From Clostridia bacterium (GTDB taxonomy: Bacteria > Bacillota > Clostridia > JAAYHZ01): a stretch of DNA of 64,000 bases. How positions within the stretch are numbered: position 1 is the first letter of the stretch; each line of letters starts with the position of its first letter. This document shows, one piece after another, positions 10,322 to 21,741 of this stretch. A program made the position numbers and the translations under genes. The notes beneath the pieces were generated by a model. It did no database searches, had not been told where the DNA came from, and was given only the letters and a program-made list of their open reading frames with translations. Location: positions 160,001-224,000 of the forward strand of contig JBMNIH010000004.1 in NCBI GenBank assembly GCA_050950825.1, given 5' to 3'.

Positions 10322-10607
10322 ATATATTGAAAAAGGGAAGGGAGATGTTTGTCCCAAGCAAGCTTCTTTGCTATTACCACTCTCAATGCGAAAAAAGGGG
10401 GATGAAAACGTCTTCGCTGCCCGATTCTTTCAACCTTTCTATGTATATATTGTATATCATCTATTGTATAAAATCATTAGAAATTTTATAAATAGTTTAT
10501 GTTTTCCTTTTACTTTTATGACTTTTGTTTGAAATAAAAAAATGAAGTGATTCTCCTCTTTTTCTTATGCTATACTCTTGTTAATTCCTTGAAAGAGGTG
10601 GATTATC

Positions 10608-13600
10608 ATGAACCCAATTGAACAAAAAACGGCAGTTTCTGCGGATGAAGGGATCGTCTTCGGAAGAAGGATCAACAGAGAAACGTTAATCGAAAAGGAA
10701 AAAGGCGTTCTGATCATCGCTCCCGAATCGCCTTCCGGTCAGGAAAAAGCTTTGGAAATCAAGAAAAAATTCGAATCCATAGGTATTCCTGCAGCTTTGT
10801 CCATGAATCCGGATCACAACGCATTGCTCAATGCGGACCGGCCTGTTGTTTTGTTAGGCAATCTGGCCGACAGCCGATGTGTCAAGTATTTGTACTATAA
10901 GCTCATGTGTACGGTGGATAAAAGCTATCCGGGGAAAGAAGGCTATGTCATTCGAACCATGCCGGATCCCTTTGCAACCGGTTACAACGTGATCCATATC
11001 GGTTATTCCGACGAAGAAGGGCTTTCCTTAGGCGTAAAGGAATTTACGGAAAATATAAAGCTTCCTCTTCCTTTCTTCAACCGGGTATCTTGTAAACACA
11101 ATCCGTATGACCTTCATGTATTAGAGAGAATCAAAAAGACTCCCTTGCCGGAGAAAATCGAACTGACTCCTTCGATTCATACTTCTTTTTGGTATATGAA
11201 GGGCTTTGTATATTACATCACGGGAGACGAAAGCTGTCTGCCCGGTTTTTGGGAAGGATGGCAAAGGATCATCGATATTTCCAAAAAGAATCCCGCCCTC
11301 ATTTCGGGTACCCATTTGTATTTTACCCAGCATGTGGAGATCTGGTGGATGCTGGAAAGCGCAGGCTTGATACCGGACGATTTGCGAGGACCTATTGAAG
11401 AGTGTATTTTCCGATGGGCGGAAAGCCCGGAAGGTATCGGTTATGCCGCTCATCATTTGGGAAGGGATCTGCCATCCCACAACCATACCATGTTCTGCGG
11501 TGTTTCGTTGATGTATATCGCGGATTTCTTCGGAAAATATTATCCTTCTTTGAATCAGCCGAAAGAATGGGCAAAAGCTACTCGCCGAATCTTTGAATCC
11601 TTCGACAACGGAGGATGGAAGCCTTACTGCGACGATTCCTCCTATTCCAACCAAGTGACGCTGCCTTTGGTTTGCGTCTACAGCATCTTCCAAGACGACC
11701 ATACCTTCTTAAACACATCCGGTAAAATCGCGGCCGCATGGATCAAAGCCATGATCGGCCAAAACGGAATCGTCCCGTCCTACGGAGATGGAACGACGAA
11801 AGATCCGTTCCCGACGGTAGTGACTCGTTTGCTTTCTCATTACTATGAAGACGGAGAGCTGCGTTGGCTACATGACCGGATATACAAACCCGGTGAATAT
11901 GCTCCCGACATTAACTCTTGGAGGCTATTTGACTCCGGCGTGAAACCGGTTTATCCGGCCGCACCGATGAAAATCAACGCCTTTCCTTTGGATAGGCGGT
12001 TCTACGATATTTGGGACAAGAACGAGGCGGAAGGGGTGCGCATGTCGGTAATGCGTCCGGACGGTCCCTATGAACAATGCTTTGACAAGCTGTCCATAAG
12101 AACCGGTTGGGATGAAATAGAAGACGACTTTTTGCTCATAGACGGTTTGGGGAGCAACGGTATCCATGCCTACAACGATGCCATGGGGATTTTGGACTAT
12201 ACAAGCAAGGGGATCGTCTGGCTGGTAGAAGAAAATTGCTATCGATTCCCGGAACCTGAACACTTAAGCATGATCACCATTGCACGATCCGGATATGCGG
12301 CGGATATACCGGGATATGCATTGATGGAAGAACAAAAGGAATTGGCGCCGGATCATCTATATGTTCGATTGAGGCTGAAAAACTATAACCGCTGCGATTG
12401 GGTCCGAGAAATCCATTTTATAAAAGGCGTATGCGTTGTTTTCCACGATACGGTAATACCCCATGAAGACGGAGAATACGTAATCCAAGGTCGGTTCCGC
12501 ACCCCTGCAAGGGCCCGGCTTGACGGATACGTCATGAAATCCATAAGAAAGAACCCGAAGGGCGAAGAATACGAATTGCGACTTTCCGGCTGTTCTTCCA
12601 TGGATTATATCGTCGATTTAGAAGAAGTACCTTACGGAGATGTCCTTTTCAAATACGGCGGCATGCACGAAGAAACATCCATGTTCAATCATTTTAATGA
12701 GTCCGTGGAGACCGGCCAAAAGATGTGGCAAAGAAGATACAACGAAAAGGATATCACGGTTACCGCCATGGTCACCCGGGTGTCCGGATACTTGAAAAAA
12801 GGTGAAATCGTATCCTTAACACACAAGGTGCACCCGGCAAGACCGCAAGACGAGGATATCGCGATAGAAGAATGTCCCGAAGGCTTTTTGCTTTCGGCAT
12901 ACGGCAAGCAATATCGATGCCCGACGGCGTATGCCTTTAAAAATGAAGGCGTGCCCGTAACCGAATCAAAGGCCGTCGCTTGCATGGAATCCCCGAACAC
13001 GGTTTATACCTTTGACCGCGACATCACCGGCATTTATCCCGTTGATAAAGACCTTCTTCTGTTAACGCTCCAAGACGGGAGGCTTGTTTTCTTATCCGAT
13101 CGGAAGCCTCTTTGGGAAAAGGAATTAGGAGAAAGCATTCACACCGTAGATATCATCAAAGAAGAGAACATGATTCTTGTGGGATACGGCCCGAACAAGC
13201 TTTTGGCCTTGGATTTTTCGGGCAAAGCGTTATGGGAGGCCAAAACCCGTCGGATCCCCACCTTGTTTGACAGCTGGGAATACGAGTATCCTTGCATCGT
13301 GAAGGTAAGACATTTTAAAGAAAAGGAAAGCACGTACATTGTGGCGGGATGCGGTGATAATCAATTACGTGTATATAACTTAAAAGGAGAACCGATAAGC
13401 GACACTTACGTATATGCAACCGTTCCCGACGTGATTGAATTTTTGGATATCGACAAAGACGGAGAAATTGAAATCTTAGCGGCAGGGTCGAAGACGACGT
13501 CCGCAGGCGCATTCCGTGCCTTTAAAAAGGACGGATCCCTTGTTCGACTTATTTCCGTCGGTATATGGTTGAGCACCATTTGCTCCCATGAAATTGCGGA

Positions 13601-14018
13601 GGACGAGGGTAGAATTCTCTTTGCATGCGGTATGAATTACGCAAAGAACTTCAAAATGATATCCGTGGAGGAAGGAACCCAAAAGCTGCTGTTTGAAAAG
13701 ATCCTGGGAGGAACGGTAACCGCCGCATGCTTTAATGAGGATCGGTCTTTGATCGCGGTAGGAACTTCGAAGGGTTTTGTTTTGGTCTTTGATCGAAACG
13801 GAAACGACATATGGAATCTCGGAGTCAACGATATTGTCGACGCCATTTACTGTAAGGACGGCAATTGGACGGTTATCGGCAAAGGCGGCAGGATTTTGGT
13901 TGTCGGTCCGGACAAGAGCATCAAAAAGAGCTTGATGCTTTCTCAGGGCATATCCGCTTACGCAAAAACGGATGACGGATTCTATTTGGCAAGCAAAAAG
14001 GATTTGGCAAAAATTTAA
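10608..14018 (+). CDS. Large cytoplasmic protein, heparinase II/III-like lyase region plus C-terminal beta-propeller (tentative)
   Basis: 1136 aa, no signal peptide; SHNH, PSYGDG, IRTGWD...LLIDG...HAYND; C-terminal PQQ/WD-like repeats (DFSGKALWE, DRNGNDIWN) and DIDKDGEIE loop. Confidence 0.5.
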   Translation: MNPIEQKTAVSADEGIVFGRRINRETLIEKEKGVLIIAPESPSGQEKALEIKKKFESIGIPAALSMNPDHNALLNADRPVVLLGNLADSRCVKYLYYKLMCTVDKSYPGKEGYVIRTMPDPFATGYNVIHIGYSDEEGLSLGVKEFTENIKLPLPFFNRVSCKHNPYDLHVLERIKKTPLPEKIELTPSIHTSFWYMKGFVYYITGDESCLPGFWEGWQRIIDISKKNPALISGTHLYFTQHVEIWWMLESAGLIPDDLRGPIEECIFRWAESPEGIGYAAHHLGRDLPSHNHTMFCGVSLMYIADFFGKYYPSLNQPKEWAKATRRIFESFDNGGWKPYCDDSSYSNQVTLPLVCVYSIFQDDHTFLNTSGKIAAAWIKAMIGQNGIVPSYGDGTTKDPFPTVVTRLLSHYYEDGELRWLHDRIYKPGEYAPDINSWRLFDSGVKPVYPAAPMKINAFPLDRRFYDIWDKNEAEGVRMSVMRPDGPYEQCFDKLSIRTGWDEIEDDFLLIDGLGSNGIHAYNDAMGILDYTSKGIVWLVEENCYRFPEPEHLSMITIARSGYAADIPGYALMEEQKELAPDHLYVRLRLKNYNRCDWVREIHFIKGVCVVFHDTVIPHEDGEYVIQGRFRTPARARLDGYVMKSIRKNPKGEEYELRLSGCSSMDYIVDLEEVPYGDVLFKYGGMHEETSMFNHFNESVETGQKMWQRRYNEKDITVTAMVTRVSGYLKKGEIVSLTHKVHPARPQDEDIAIEECPEGFLLSAYGKQYRCPTAYAFKNEGVPVTESKAVACMESPNTVYTFDRDITGIYPVDKDLLLLTLQDGRLVFLSDRKPLWEKELGESIHTVDIIKEENMILVGYGPNKLLALDFSGKALWEAKTRRIPTLFDSWEYEYPCIVKVRHFKEKESTYIVAGCGDNQLRVYNLKGEPISDTYVYATVPDVIEFLDIDKDGEIEILAAGSKTTSAGAFRAFKKDGSLVRLISVGIWLSTICSHEIAEDEGRILFACGMNYAKNFKMISVEEGTQKLLFEKILGGTVTAACFNEDRSLIAVGTSKGFVLVFDRNGNDIWNLGVNDIVDAIYCKDGNWTVIGKGGRILVVGPDKSIKKSLMLSQGISAYAKTDDGFYLASKKDLAKI

Positions 14019-14248
14019 GGTTCGGATTATCGATTTGAAAAATAAACGATAGGGAAGCGGCGATAGGAGGAGTAAACAAACAATCTTTTCACATATCGCC
14101 GTTTCTTTGTCTGACATGGTAATTTCCTGTTTGACAGGGGAATAACGAAGGTGATAAAATTATTCTGATGACTAAGACACGGTCTTGTTTTACTATGTCG
14201 TTTTTCGGATCATTATAGCAGGGAATAAGGTCTTTTTTTGGAGTCAAT

Positions 14249-15487
14249 ATGTACAATCGAGATAGGTTTAATTTAGGAAATGAAATTCGGAATATAATTC
14301 GCAATGCCGTTGATACCCGGGATTTTAGAGGGCTGAATCATGATATCCGTAACATGGTAAACCGTGCACTGAACGAAGCGGGAATCACCGTTAAGCGCGA
14401 TTCTTTCAAGGACATTCCTCCCGATCCTCAAGGAATGAAGGACCAAAGAAAGGAAGAGTATCGTGCCGCCTACGAGCAGCCGAAAAAACAGGAAGAGCTT
14501 CAAAAAAAGGAAAACATAAAGCCTGCGAAGGTTGCCGTACCGGTAGGACAGGTTTCCGGTATGCTGCAATTGGTGCTGGGTATCATCGGGACCGTTTTAT
14601 TCGGTTTTGTCGGCTTTCTTTTTGCTTTGGCCGGACTCTTGATTGCCAACAGCGCCTTTTTATACATCTTTTTATTCGGACTGCTTCCCTGTACCGCAGG
14701 CTCTTTGGTCGTTGCCTTCAACGGCAGCAGCATCCGGCAGAGGTTAAAAAGATTTCAGGTATATATGAAAAAAATGGACGGCAGAAGCTACATCCTTATT
14801 AAAGATCTCTCCGTTGCGACCGGAAAAAGCGAAAAATTCATCGTTAAGGATTTGCAGAAGATGATTGCGAAGGGCATGTTTCCGGAAGGACATATCGATG
14901 ATAAGAAGACATGCTTTATGTTGAACAATGAGGTTTTTCGACAGTACCTTCTCTTAAAAGAAAGCATGAAAATGAAAGAAATTGAAGAGAATGAAAAAAG
15001 GAGCAAGGAAAGCATTCAACACGAATCCATGGATCCTGCCGTTCGAAAAGCCATCGAAGAAGGAAGAAGCTACGTGAAGAGGATTCGAGAAGCCAATTAT
15101 GCCATACAGAATGTAGAAATATCGCGAAAGCTGGATAAACTGGAGGAGGTAACCGAGAAAATATTCGACTATGTGGAAACACGTCCTCATAAGCTTCCTG
15201 AAATAAGGAAGTTTGTCGGATATTTTCTGCCTACCACGTTAAAGCTTTTGGATGCGTATCGGGAGCTGGACAGCCAGTCCGTTCAGGGAAAAAACATTTC
15301 TTCGGCGAAGGCGGAGATCGAACAGTCATTGGATACGATTAATACGGCCTTTGACAATCTGTTAGACGGACTGTTCGAAGAGATTGCCATGGACATATCC
15401 ACGGATATTTCGGTTTTGGAAACCATGTTTGCACAAGAAGGGCTGACAAGGAATAAGAAGAGCCCAAAAAACGAGAATGAGGGATGA
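14249..15487 (+). CDS. xpaC: 5-bromo-4-chloroindolyl phosphate hydrolysis family protein (XpaC-like)
   Basis: Two TM helices; KFVGYFLPTTLKLLDAY and DISTDISVLETMFAQEGL; directly upstream of telA. Confidence 0.82.
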   Translation: MYNRDRFNLGNEIRNIIRNAVDTRDFRGLNHDIRNMVNRALNEAGITVKRDSFKDIPPDPQGMKDQRKEEYRAAYEQPKKQEELQKKENIKPAKVAVPVGQVSGMLQLVLGIIGTVLFGFVGFLFALAGLLIANSAFLYIFLFGLLPCTAGSLVVAFNGSSIRQRLKRFQVYMKKMDGRSYILIKDLSVATGKSEKFIVKDLQKMIAKGMFPEGHIDDKKTCFMLNNEVFRQYLLLKESMKMKEIEENEKRSKESIQHESMDPAVRKAIEEGRSYVKRIREANYAIQNVEISRKLDKLEEVTEKIFDYVETRPHKLPEIRKFVGYFLPTTLKLLDAYRELDSQSVQGKNISSAKAEIEQSLDTINTAFDNLLDGLFEEIAMDISTDISVLETMFAQEGLTRNKKSPKNENEG

Positions 15488-15491
15488 TGAA

Positions 15492-16634
15492 ATGAGTGAC
15501 AAAATACCTACATTGACATTGGAACCCTTCGAGGAAGATCCGAAGGACGAGAAAAAATCGGAGGAGCCGGCCATTATCGAAGAGGGAAAGGTGGAAAGCG
15601 TTGCACGGGAGCTGCTCAATCTGACACCGGAAGAGAAAAAAATGGTGGAGGATTTTGCGGAAAAAATCGATCTGACAAAGCACGCCCAAGTGTTACAGTA
15701 CGGCGCCGGTGCACAGAAAAAGATTGCCGACTTTTCGGAATCGGCATTGAATAATGTAAAGACAAAAGACCTCGGTGAAATCGGCGATATGCTTTCCGGT
15801 GTGGTTTCGGAGCTTAAGACCTTCGGCGAGGAAGAAGAAAAAGGATTACGGGGATTGTTCAAAAGATCCTCCAATAAGATATCCGCCATGAAAGCAAAAT
15901 ACAACAAGGCGGAGGCGAATATCGACAAGATTGTGGAGGTTCTGGAAGGCCATCAGATACAACTCCTGAAAGACATAGCCATGCTGGACAAGATGTATGA
16001 TTTGAACGTATCCTATTACAAAGAACTAACCATGTATATTTTGGCGGGTAAAAAGAAGCTGGCCAAGGCAAGGGAGGAGGAACTGCCCAAGCTGAGGGAA
16101 AAGGCGGAAAAAAGCAATTTGCCCGAGGATATCCGGGAAGTGAACGACTTTGTAGCGGCTGTCAATCGTTTTGAAAAGAAGATTCACGATTTGGAGCTGA
16201 CGAGAATGGTATCCATTCAAATGGCACCGCAAATCCGTTTGATACAGGAAAACAACGCATTAATGGTCGAAAAAATACAGTCGACCGTGGTAAACACCAT
16301 TCCCTTATGGAAGAGCCAAATGGTAATCGCTTTAGGAGTCTATCATTCCGGTCAAGCGGCAAAGGCCCACAGAGAGGTTACGGATATGACCAACCAATTG
16401 CTGAAGAAGAACGCGGAAACCTTAAAGATGGCTACCATCGAAACGGCAAAGGAATCCGAACGAGGAATTATCGACATCGAGACTTTGAGGACCACCAACG
16501 AAACCCTCATAACCACGTTGAACGAAGTATTACAGATACAAGAGGAGGGCCGCCGCAAGAGAAAAGAAGCGGAAGCGGAATTGTATCGGATCGAAGAAGA
16601 GCTAAAAGCAAAGCTTTTGGAATTAAAAGGATAA
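15492..16634 (+). CDS. telA: Toxic anion resistance protein (TelA/YaaN)
   Basis: YGAGAQKKIADFS, QMAPQIRLIQ, NTIPLWKSQM, ERGIIDIETL. Confidence 0.9.
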   Translation: MSDKIPTLTLEPFEEDPKDEKKSEEPAIIEEGKVESVARELLNLTPEEKKMVEDFAEKIDLTKHAQVLQYGAGAQKKIADFSESALNNVKTKDLGEIGDMLSGVVSELKTFGEEEEKGLRGLFKRSSNKISAMKAKYNKAEANIDKIVEVLEGHQIQLLKDIAMLDKMYDLNVSYYKELTMYILAGKKKLAKAREEELPKLREKAEKSNLPEDIREVNDFVAAVNRFEKKIHDLELTRMVSIQMAPQIRLIQENNALMVEKIQSTVVNTIPLWKSQMVIALGVYHSGQAAKAHREVTDMTNQLLKKNAETLKMATIETAKESERGIIDIETLRTTNETLITTLNEVLQIQEEGRRKRKEAEAELYRIEEELKAKLLELKG

Positions 16635-16643
16635 TTAAAGAGG

Positions 16644-16681
16644 ACGGGGCAATACGGGAGACCGATAAGCCCCGTTTTTTT
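16644..16681 (+). terminator. Intrinsic terminator
   Basis: ACGGGGC...GCCCCGT followed by a T-run. Confidence 0.7.
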
Positions 16682-16893
16682 ATACTTTTTTTCTAACATT
16701 ATTTTACAAAAGGATAAGTTGACTTATTGTGGAAATATGTATAAAATTAATTATATGCTACTAAAGCGTGCATAAAAATCTGCAGGTTACTCGATTTTCA
16801 TAGAAAGATAAAAGCCGGACGAATCCGTTTTCATAGATGGGTTTGGTCAAAATCCATTATTTATAATACATGAAAAAGAATAAGGAGGGTTCT

Positions 16894-18765
16894 ATGAAAA
16901 AGCTCTTGAGTATGGTACTGGTTATGACACTGCTTGTTGCTTTTTCGGCATGTGCTTCACAAGAAGAACCTGCCGACACGACCGAAACAACAACCGTAAA
17001 AGCCGTAACAACTGCAGGTACGACAACGACAAAAGCAACAACAACCACGACTGTGGCTACTACGACCACCGTAGTAGAAGAAAATCCCTTTGAAGAATTC
17101 TTTGAAATTTCATGGCTGACCCAGTATGGAGACAGGCATGTGGACGGCAGATGGGATGAAGCGGAATTGGAAGAGATCTTCAATGTGGATATCCAAGTTT
17201 GGCATTACGACTCCCTGAAAAGCGATCAAATGGCTGCATTGGTTGCCGCAGGAGAGATACCGGACTTCTTCTTTATGCCCGGAGCGCCTCGACAGCCTCA
17301 TGAAATGTACCAAGAAAAGCTAATCCGATCGGTTCCTCTCGATTTTATTAAAAAGTATCTGCCCGGTCAATACCGATTGATGGAAGCCATGCCTATCGGT
17401 TTCCAATATAATTTGATTCCGGGCAAAACCGACGAATATTTAGGCCTAACACACATCGGTATGTCCTCGGCGCAATACTTTTATGAAGCGACTTGCGTTA
17501 ACTTGGATTGGTTGGAAAGCATCGGATACGGACCCGACTTGTCTCGATTTAAGCCGGTAAAACAGTCAACGGAGGGCTTCGAATATTTGGACAACCAAGT
17601 ATACGTAGGCGAATACGATTATACCTTCGAAGACTTGAATGCAATCTTAAGAGCATTTACGGAAGACGACCCTGACGGAAACGGCGAAGACGATACCGTC
17701 GGTATGCTGTATCTGCCTGAAAGCGCATGGACTAGCTTGTTTCCGGAAGGACTTTTCGGCTTTGTTTACAATTTGGATTATTTATATCAAGATCCGGTCT
17801 CCGGGGATATCGTACCGAAATATGCTTATACGCCCTACCGAGACTATTTGGCATGGGTTTCCGAAATGTTAACCAAAGGCTATATGGGTAGACTTCCCGG
17901 AAAAGAATCCTGGAGCTTGGAATACTATGCGGTGACGACGATGAATAAAGTCGGCATTATGCAAGTACACCGCAGTGCCTATATGCTGCCCTCGAATGCG
18001 ACATACGCCGTGCAGCCGCCTATCAATGTCCTGCTCGAAACCGATGAAAATGCAAGATTTCTCGTGGGTATCCTATTCCAAGGGCCCAACGGACCGACAG
18101 TCGGTTATCCCTACGCAATCGATGCATACGGTGTAGGAAAGAGCCGAGTCGACATGTTCGGGATCCAAGTATCCGACGAGAAGATGGCAAGAATACTCCA
18201 AATTCTGGAATATACTACATACAGCAGCGAAGATAACTACTTGAAATTTAAGAGCGGCTTGGAAGGCGTGCATTGGAAATGGGCGGGCGAACCGTATATG
18301 AGTACTCGAATCACCATTCCGGAAGCCGATTTGCCGCCGGAATTTCGAGGATGGCCTTCTACCTTCAGCTTGTGGGTATCCTTCTCCGAAGCGGACCAAA
18401 CGGTGGAAATCGCCGAAAAAACCGGTTATTGGGACTTCCCCGCATATGCCTATGCATACAATCTTTATGAAAAATACGCTTGTATACCGAAGAAATATAT
18501 CAGCGCGGTGTACATGGGTCAAGAAATGTACGATGCGTATATGGAACGATATAACGAGCTGATTCCTTCCATAAATTCGGTCGTAAATGATTTTAAGAAT
18601 CGAGCTCTGCAAGGTCAAATTTCCAATTTCAATTCCGAATGGGTGCAATACATTGATCAGCTCTACGCAGCGGGACTCGGGGAATTGGTAAACGACTTCT
18701 ACAACAATCCCGATTACAAGAACTACGATCCGGGAGACAAATACAAGATTCGAGGAAGAATTTAA
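16894..18765 (+). CDS. Large extracellular solute-binding lipoprotein (LplA-like) with Thr-rich linker
   Basis: Lipobox FSAC, poly-Thr linker, AAGEIPD, AFTEDDPDGNGEDDT, GLEGVHW; upstream TTGACT-17-TAAAAT and AAGGAGG. Confidence 0.8.
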   Translation: MKKLLSMVLVMTLLVAFSACASQEEPADTTETTTVKAVTTAGTTTTKATTTTTVATTTTVVEENPFEEFFEISWLTQYGDRHVDGRWDEAELEEIFNVDIQVWHYDSLKSDQMAALVAAGEIPDFFFMPGAPRQPHEMYQEKLIRSVPLDFIKKYLPGQYRLMEAMPIGFQYNLIPGKTDEYLGLTHIGMSSAQYFYEATCVNLDWLESIGYGPDLSRFKPVKQSTEGFEYLDNQVYVGEYDYTFEDLNAILRAFTEDDPDGNGEDDTVGMLYLPESAWTSLFPEGLFGFVYNLDYLYQDPVSGDIVPKYAYTPYRDYLAWVSEMLTKGYMGRLPGKESWSLEYYAVTTMNKVGIMQVHRSAYMLPSNATYAVQPPINVLLETDENARFLVGILFQGPNGPTVGYPYAIDAYGVGKSRVDMFGIQVSDEKMARILQILEYTTYSSEDNYLKFKSGLEGVHWKWAGEPYMSTRITIPEADLPPEFRGWPSTFSLWVSFSEADQTVEIAEKTGYWDFPAYAYAYNLYEKYACIPKKYISAVYMGQEMYDAYMERYNELIPSINSVVNDFKNRALQGQISNFNSEWVQYIDQLYAAGLGELVNDFYNNPDYKNYDPGDKYKIRGRI

Positions 18766-18864
18766 AAGATAAATGAAAGAGTATAATCAAAAGCGGAGCC
18801 GTTTTACGAAAAATCGCGAGGAGCTCCGCTCTTTCTTTTAAGCCTTAAAATTGATTTTGTAATG

Positions 18865-19704
18865 CTATTCGATATCCTTGTATGCACTTCGGATCATGCG
18901 AATCTCTTCGGCATAGCCCTCCACATCGTTAGGTGTTTCCAAATAGAAGGGTAAATCTTTGAGCAAGGGATGATTGATAACCTTTGTAATGACTTCCATC
19001 CCGAGGGTGCCTTCTCCGATTTTTTCGTGCCGGTCCTTGGCGCTGCTAAAGGGGTTTTTACTGTCATTCAGATGGATGGCATAAAGTCGGTTCAGTCCGA
19101 TAACCCGGTCAAATTCCTCCAAGACGCCGTCCAAATCGTTTACAATATCGTATCCGGCATCATACACATGGCAAGTATCCAAGCAAACCCCCAGCTTTTG
19201 ATGAAGCTCGGTTCGGTCTATGATGGCTTTCAGCTCTTCGAAGGTTTTACCGATTTCGCTGCCTTTTCCGGACATGGTTTCAAGGAGTACGACGGTGGTT
19301 TGCTCCGGTTTTAATATTTTGTTCAGCAGGGCGGCGGTAAGCTCGATACCGGCTTCCGCGCCCTGTCCCGTATGGCTTCCGGGATGAAAATTGTAGTAAT
19401 TTCCGGGTGTGTACTCCATCCGCATCAGGTCATCCTCCATGACCATATATGCAAATTCTCGAACCTTTTCATCCGCCGAGCAAGGATTGAGGGTATAGGG
19501 AGCATGGGCCAAAATTTTATATAGATTCTCCTTTTCCGCAATTTCCAAAAAGGCGGAAATGTCCCAAGGATCGATTTCTTTCGCTTTTCCGCCTCTCGGA
19601 TTTCTCGTAAAAAATTGAAACGTGTTCGCTCCGATGGAAAGCGCTTCCTTGGCCATGTGGGTATATCCTTTTGCAGCCGACAAATGACAACCGATATGCA
19701 GCAT
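18865..19704 (-). CDS. nfo: Endonuclease IV
   Basis: [54 protein letters not shown]. Confidence 0.95.
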   Translation of the reverse strand: MLHIGCHLSAAKGYTHMAKEALSIGANTFQFFTRNPRGGKAKEIDPWDISAFLEIAEKENLYKILAHAPYTLNPCSADEKVREFAYMVMEDDLMRMEYTPGNYYNFHPGSHTGQGAEAGIELTAALLNKILKPEQTTVVLLETMSGKGSEIGKTFEELKAIIDRTELHQKLGVCLDTCHVYDAGYDIVNDLDGVLEEFDRVIGLNRLYAIHLNDSKNPFSSAKDRHEKIGEGTLGMEVITKVINHPLLKDLPFYLETPNDVEGYAEEIRMIRSAYKDIE

Positions 19705-19890
19705 GGTTACATCCTCCGAAAGTGAATTTCTTACCTTTATGACCGTACAAACGTTCATTAATGCTATATTATATACTTCCTTTTGCGGAAAAACAACGAC
19801 TTTACTTTCATTTTACCAAAAGTTAGTGGTAAAATAGAAGGAAAGGTGGAATCGGTGCGTATAGCCGGGAATACTTTTGGAGGTAAGCAA

Positions 19891-21720
19891 ATGAAAAGAA
19901 GCGTATTGATCCTTGTTTTAACGGCGGTTTTCCTTTTCGGGTTTACCGCTTGTAAGAAAGACGGCAATATCCAACAAGAAAGCAGGGTTACTTTACCTCA
20001 AATGACTTTACCGTCTCAAACCACCACATACGTCTTTACCCTTCCCGTGGTAACCACCACGACGACGGAAGAGACCGAGGAAGAAGATCCTTTCTCCGAA
20101 AAGATGACCATAACATGGTTGACGGGTACCGGCTCCTCCCATGAATACATCGACGGGCGATGGGACGAGTTGGAGCTTGAAGAAAAGTTTAATATCGACC
20201 TTGTCATGTGGAAGGTTTTCATTGATCCCGTTGATACGGAAGAGGTACAAATGATGCTGGCAGCCGGAGATGTTCCGGATTACGGATTCTACTATGCCGA
20301 CGCCAAGGAATTATACGAAGCCGGAATGATCCGAACGATTCCGGTAAGACTGATGGAAAAGTACTACCCGAGCTATTACCAAAGGCTTTTGGATGAGCCC
20401 CTCGGGTTCGATTTGAACAAAGCCGACAGAGCCGGTGAGTTCTACGGTTTTACGTCTTTTTCTTGCTTGGCTTATTATTCGGAGACGGTGCCTTTATGGA
20501 GGCTGGACTGGCTTCAAAAATACAATTACCGGATGTACAATTTGACTCCCGTTAAATCTTGGGCATATCCGCAGTACGAGAAAAATCTTTATTTTTCGAA
20601 CATTAAGTTTACGGAAGAAGACGTAAAAGAAATTTTCCGTGCCTTTACGGAAGACGATCCGGACGGAAACGGCATTGACGATACCTACGGATCGGTATAT
20701 GCAGGCCCCGACCGTAACGTATATGATTTTTACGCCATGTTCGGTTTTGATTCGGATGAAAATTTCTTTTACTTGAACAAAGAAACCGGCGACTATGTAC
20801 CCTATTTTGCCTATTCCGGCTACCGAGAAGCCTTAAAATTTCTAACCCAAATGCTGGACAGAGGATTCATGAGAAGAATCCCTGAAAACGGGAATACGGA
20901 GGAACAGCTTAACGCCTTGTGGGCGTCGGGGAAAATAGGGTTTATGAATGCTTTTTCCGGCTCCTCCATATTAGGCTATCATGAAAAAGCCGCCGAAAGA
21001 CCGCCTCTATCCATTTTAAAATCCGACCCTAACGCTACATTCGTAGTCACGCCGCCTCCGGGAAGAGAAGGAAAGCTGAAGTCTTACCGGGTCTTCAACT
21101 GGGACCCGGAGCATACTTATATCGTGGGAGCCCAAGTTTCCGATGAAAAGCTGATCAGGCTGATGCAGCTGCTGGAATATGCTTACTTCGGAGAGGATTG
21201 GCTAAGGTATAGGTTCGGGCTGGAAGGGGTGCACTATGTATGGGCCGGAGAGCCTTACGTAAGCCCCATGATCTTGGACAGCCCGGAAAATATCCCGCCG
21301 AAATATGCGGGACTGGGAACTTCCGTTTTCGGGCAATTCGGCAACATCCATTTTGTGCCCGACATTAAAGCCTATTTCGGCTACGATGCCTTTACGAGCC
21401 AAATGGCAAACTATTTCGAACAGTACAACGCCGGAGGCTATTACGCAAGCAATTTATGGATCCGACCTGCCAAATACTATTCGGAGTACACCGTACCTTC
21501 GGTCTTGTACGATCGATTCCGTGCGGTGAAAGAACGGACCTACGAAAATATCCAGGCGGTTCATGAAAATTTCTTAGCGAAGGTTTTTGCCGGAGAAATC
21601 CTTCATATGGATAACGAATGGAAGGATTACATCAATGAAATCTACAATGCCGGCTTGAAAGAATGGACGGACATTTGGAACAGCAAACAGATCGACACTT
21701 TTGATCGATACGGTCAGTAA
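19891..21720 (+). CDS. Large solute-binding lipoprotein, same family as 16894
   Basis: Lipobox FTAC, Thr-rich segment, DGRWDELELEE, AFTEDDPDGNGIDDT, QVSDEKL, GLEGVHY. Confidence 0.8.
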   Translation: MKRSVLILVLTAVFLFGFTACKKDGNIQQESRVTLPQMTLPSQTTTYVFTLPVVTTTTTEETEEEDPFSEKMTITWLTGTGSSHEYIDGRWDELELEEKFNIDLVMWKVFIDPVDTEEVQMMLAAGDVPDYGFYYADAKELYEAGMIRTIPVRLMEKYYPSYYQRLLDEPLGFDLNKADRAGEFYGFTSFSCLAYYSETVPLWRLDWLQKYNYRMYNLTPVKSWAYPQYEKNLYFSNIKFTEEDVKEIFRAFTEDDPDGNGIDDTYGSVYAGPDRNVYDFYAMFGFDSDENFFYLNKETGDYVPYFAYSGYREALKFLTQMLDRGFMRRIPENGNTEEQLNALWASGKIGFMNAFSGSSILGYHEKAAERPPLSILKSDPNATFVVTPPPGREGKLKSYRVFNWDPEHTYIVGAQVSDEKLIRLMQLLEYAYFGEDWLRYRFGLEGVHYVWAGEPYVSPMILDSPENIPPKYAGLGTSVFGQFGNIHFVPDIKAYFGYDAFTSQMANYFEQYNAGGYYASNLWIRPAKYYSEYTVPSVLYDRFRAVKERTYENIQAVHENFLAKVFAGEILHMDNEWKDYINEIYNAGLKEWTDIWNSKQIDTFDRYGQ

Positions 21721-21741
21721 TTATAAGGACGGTGCCGACCT

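Noticed and set aside
16975-17075. Tandem repeat or CRISPR-like ACA/ACG runs (also near 57085 and 61130)
   Set aside because: Low-complexity codons of Thr-rich linkers; no repeat-spacer periodicity.
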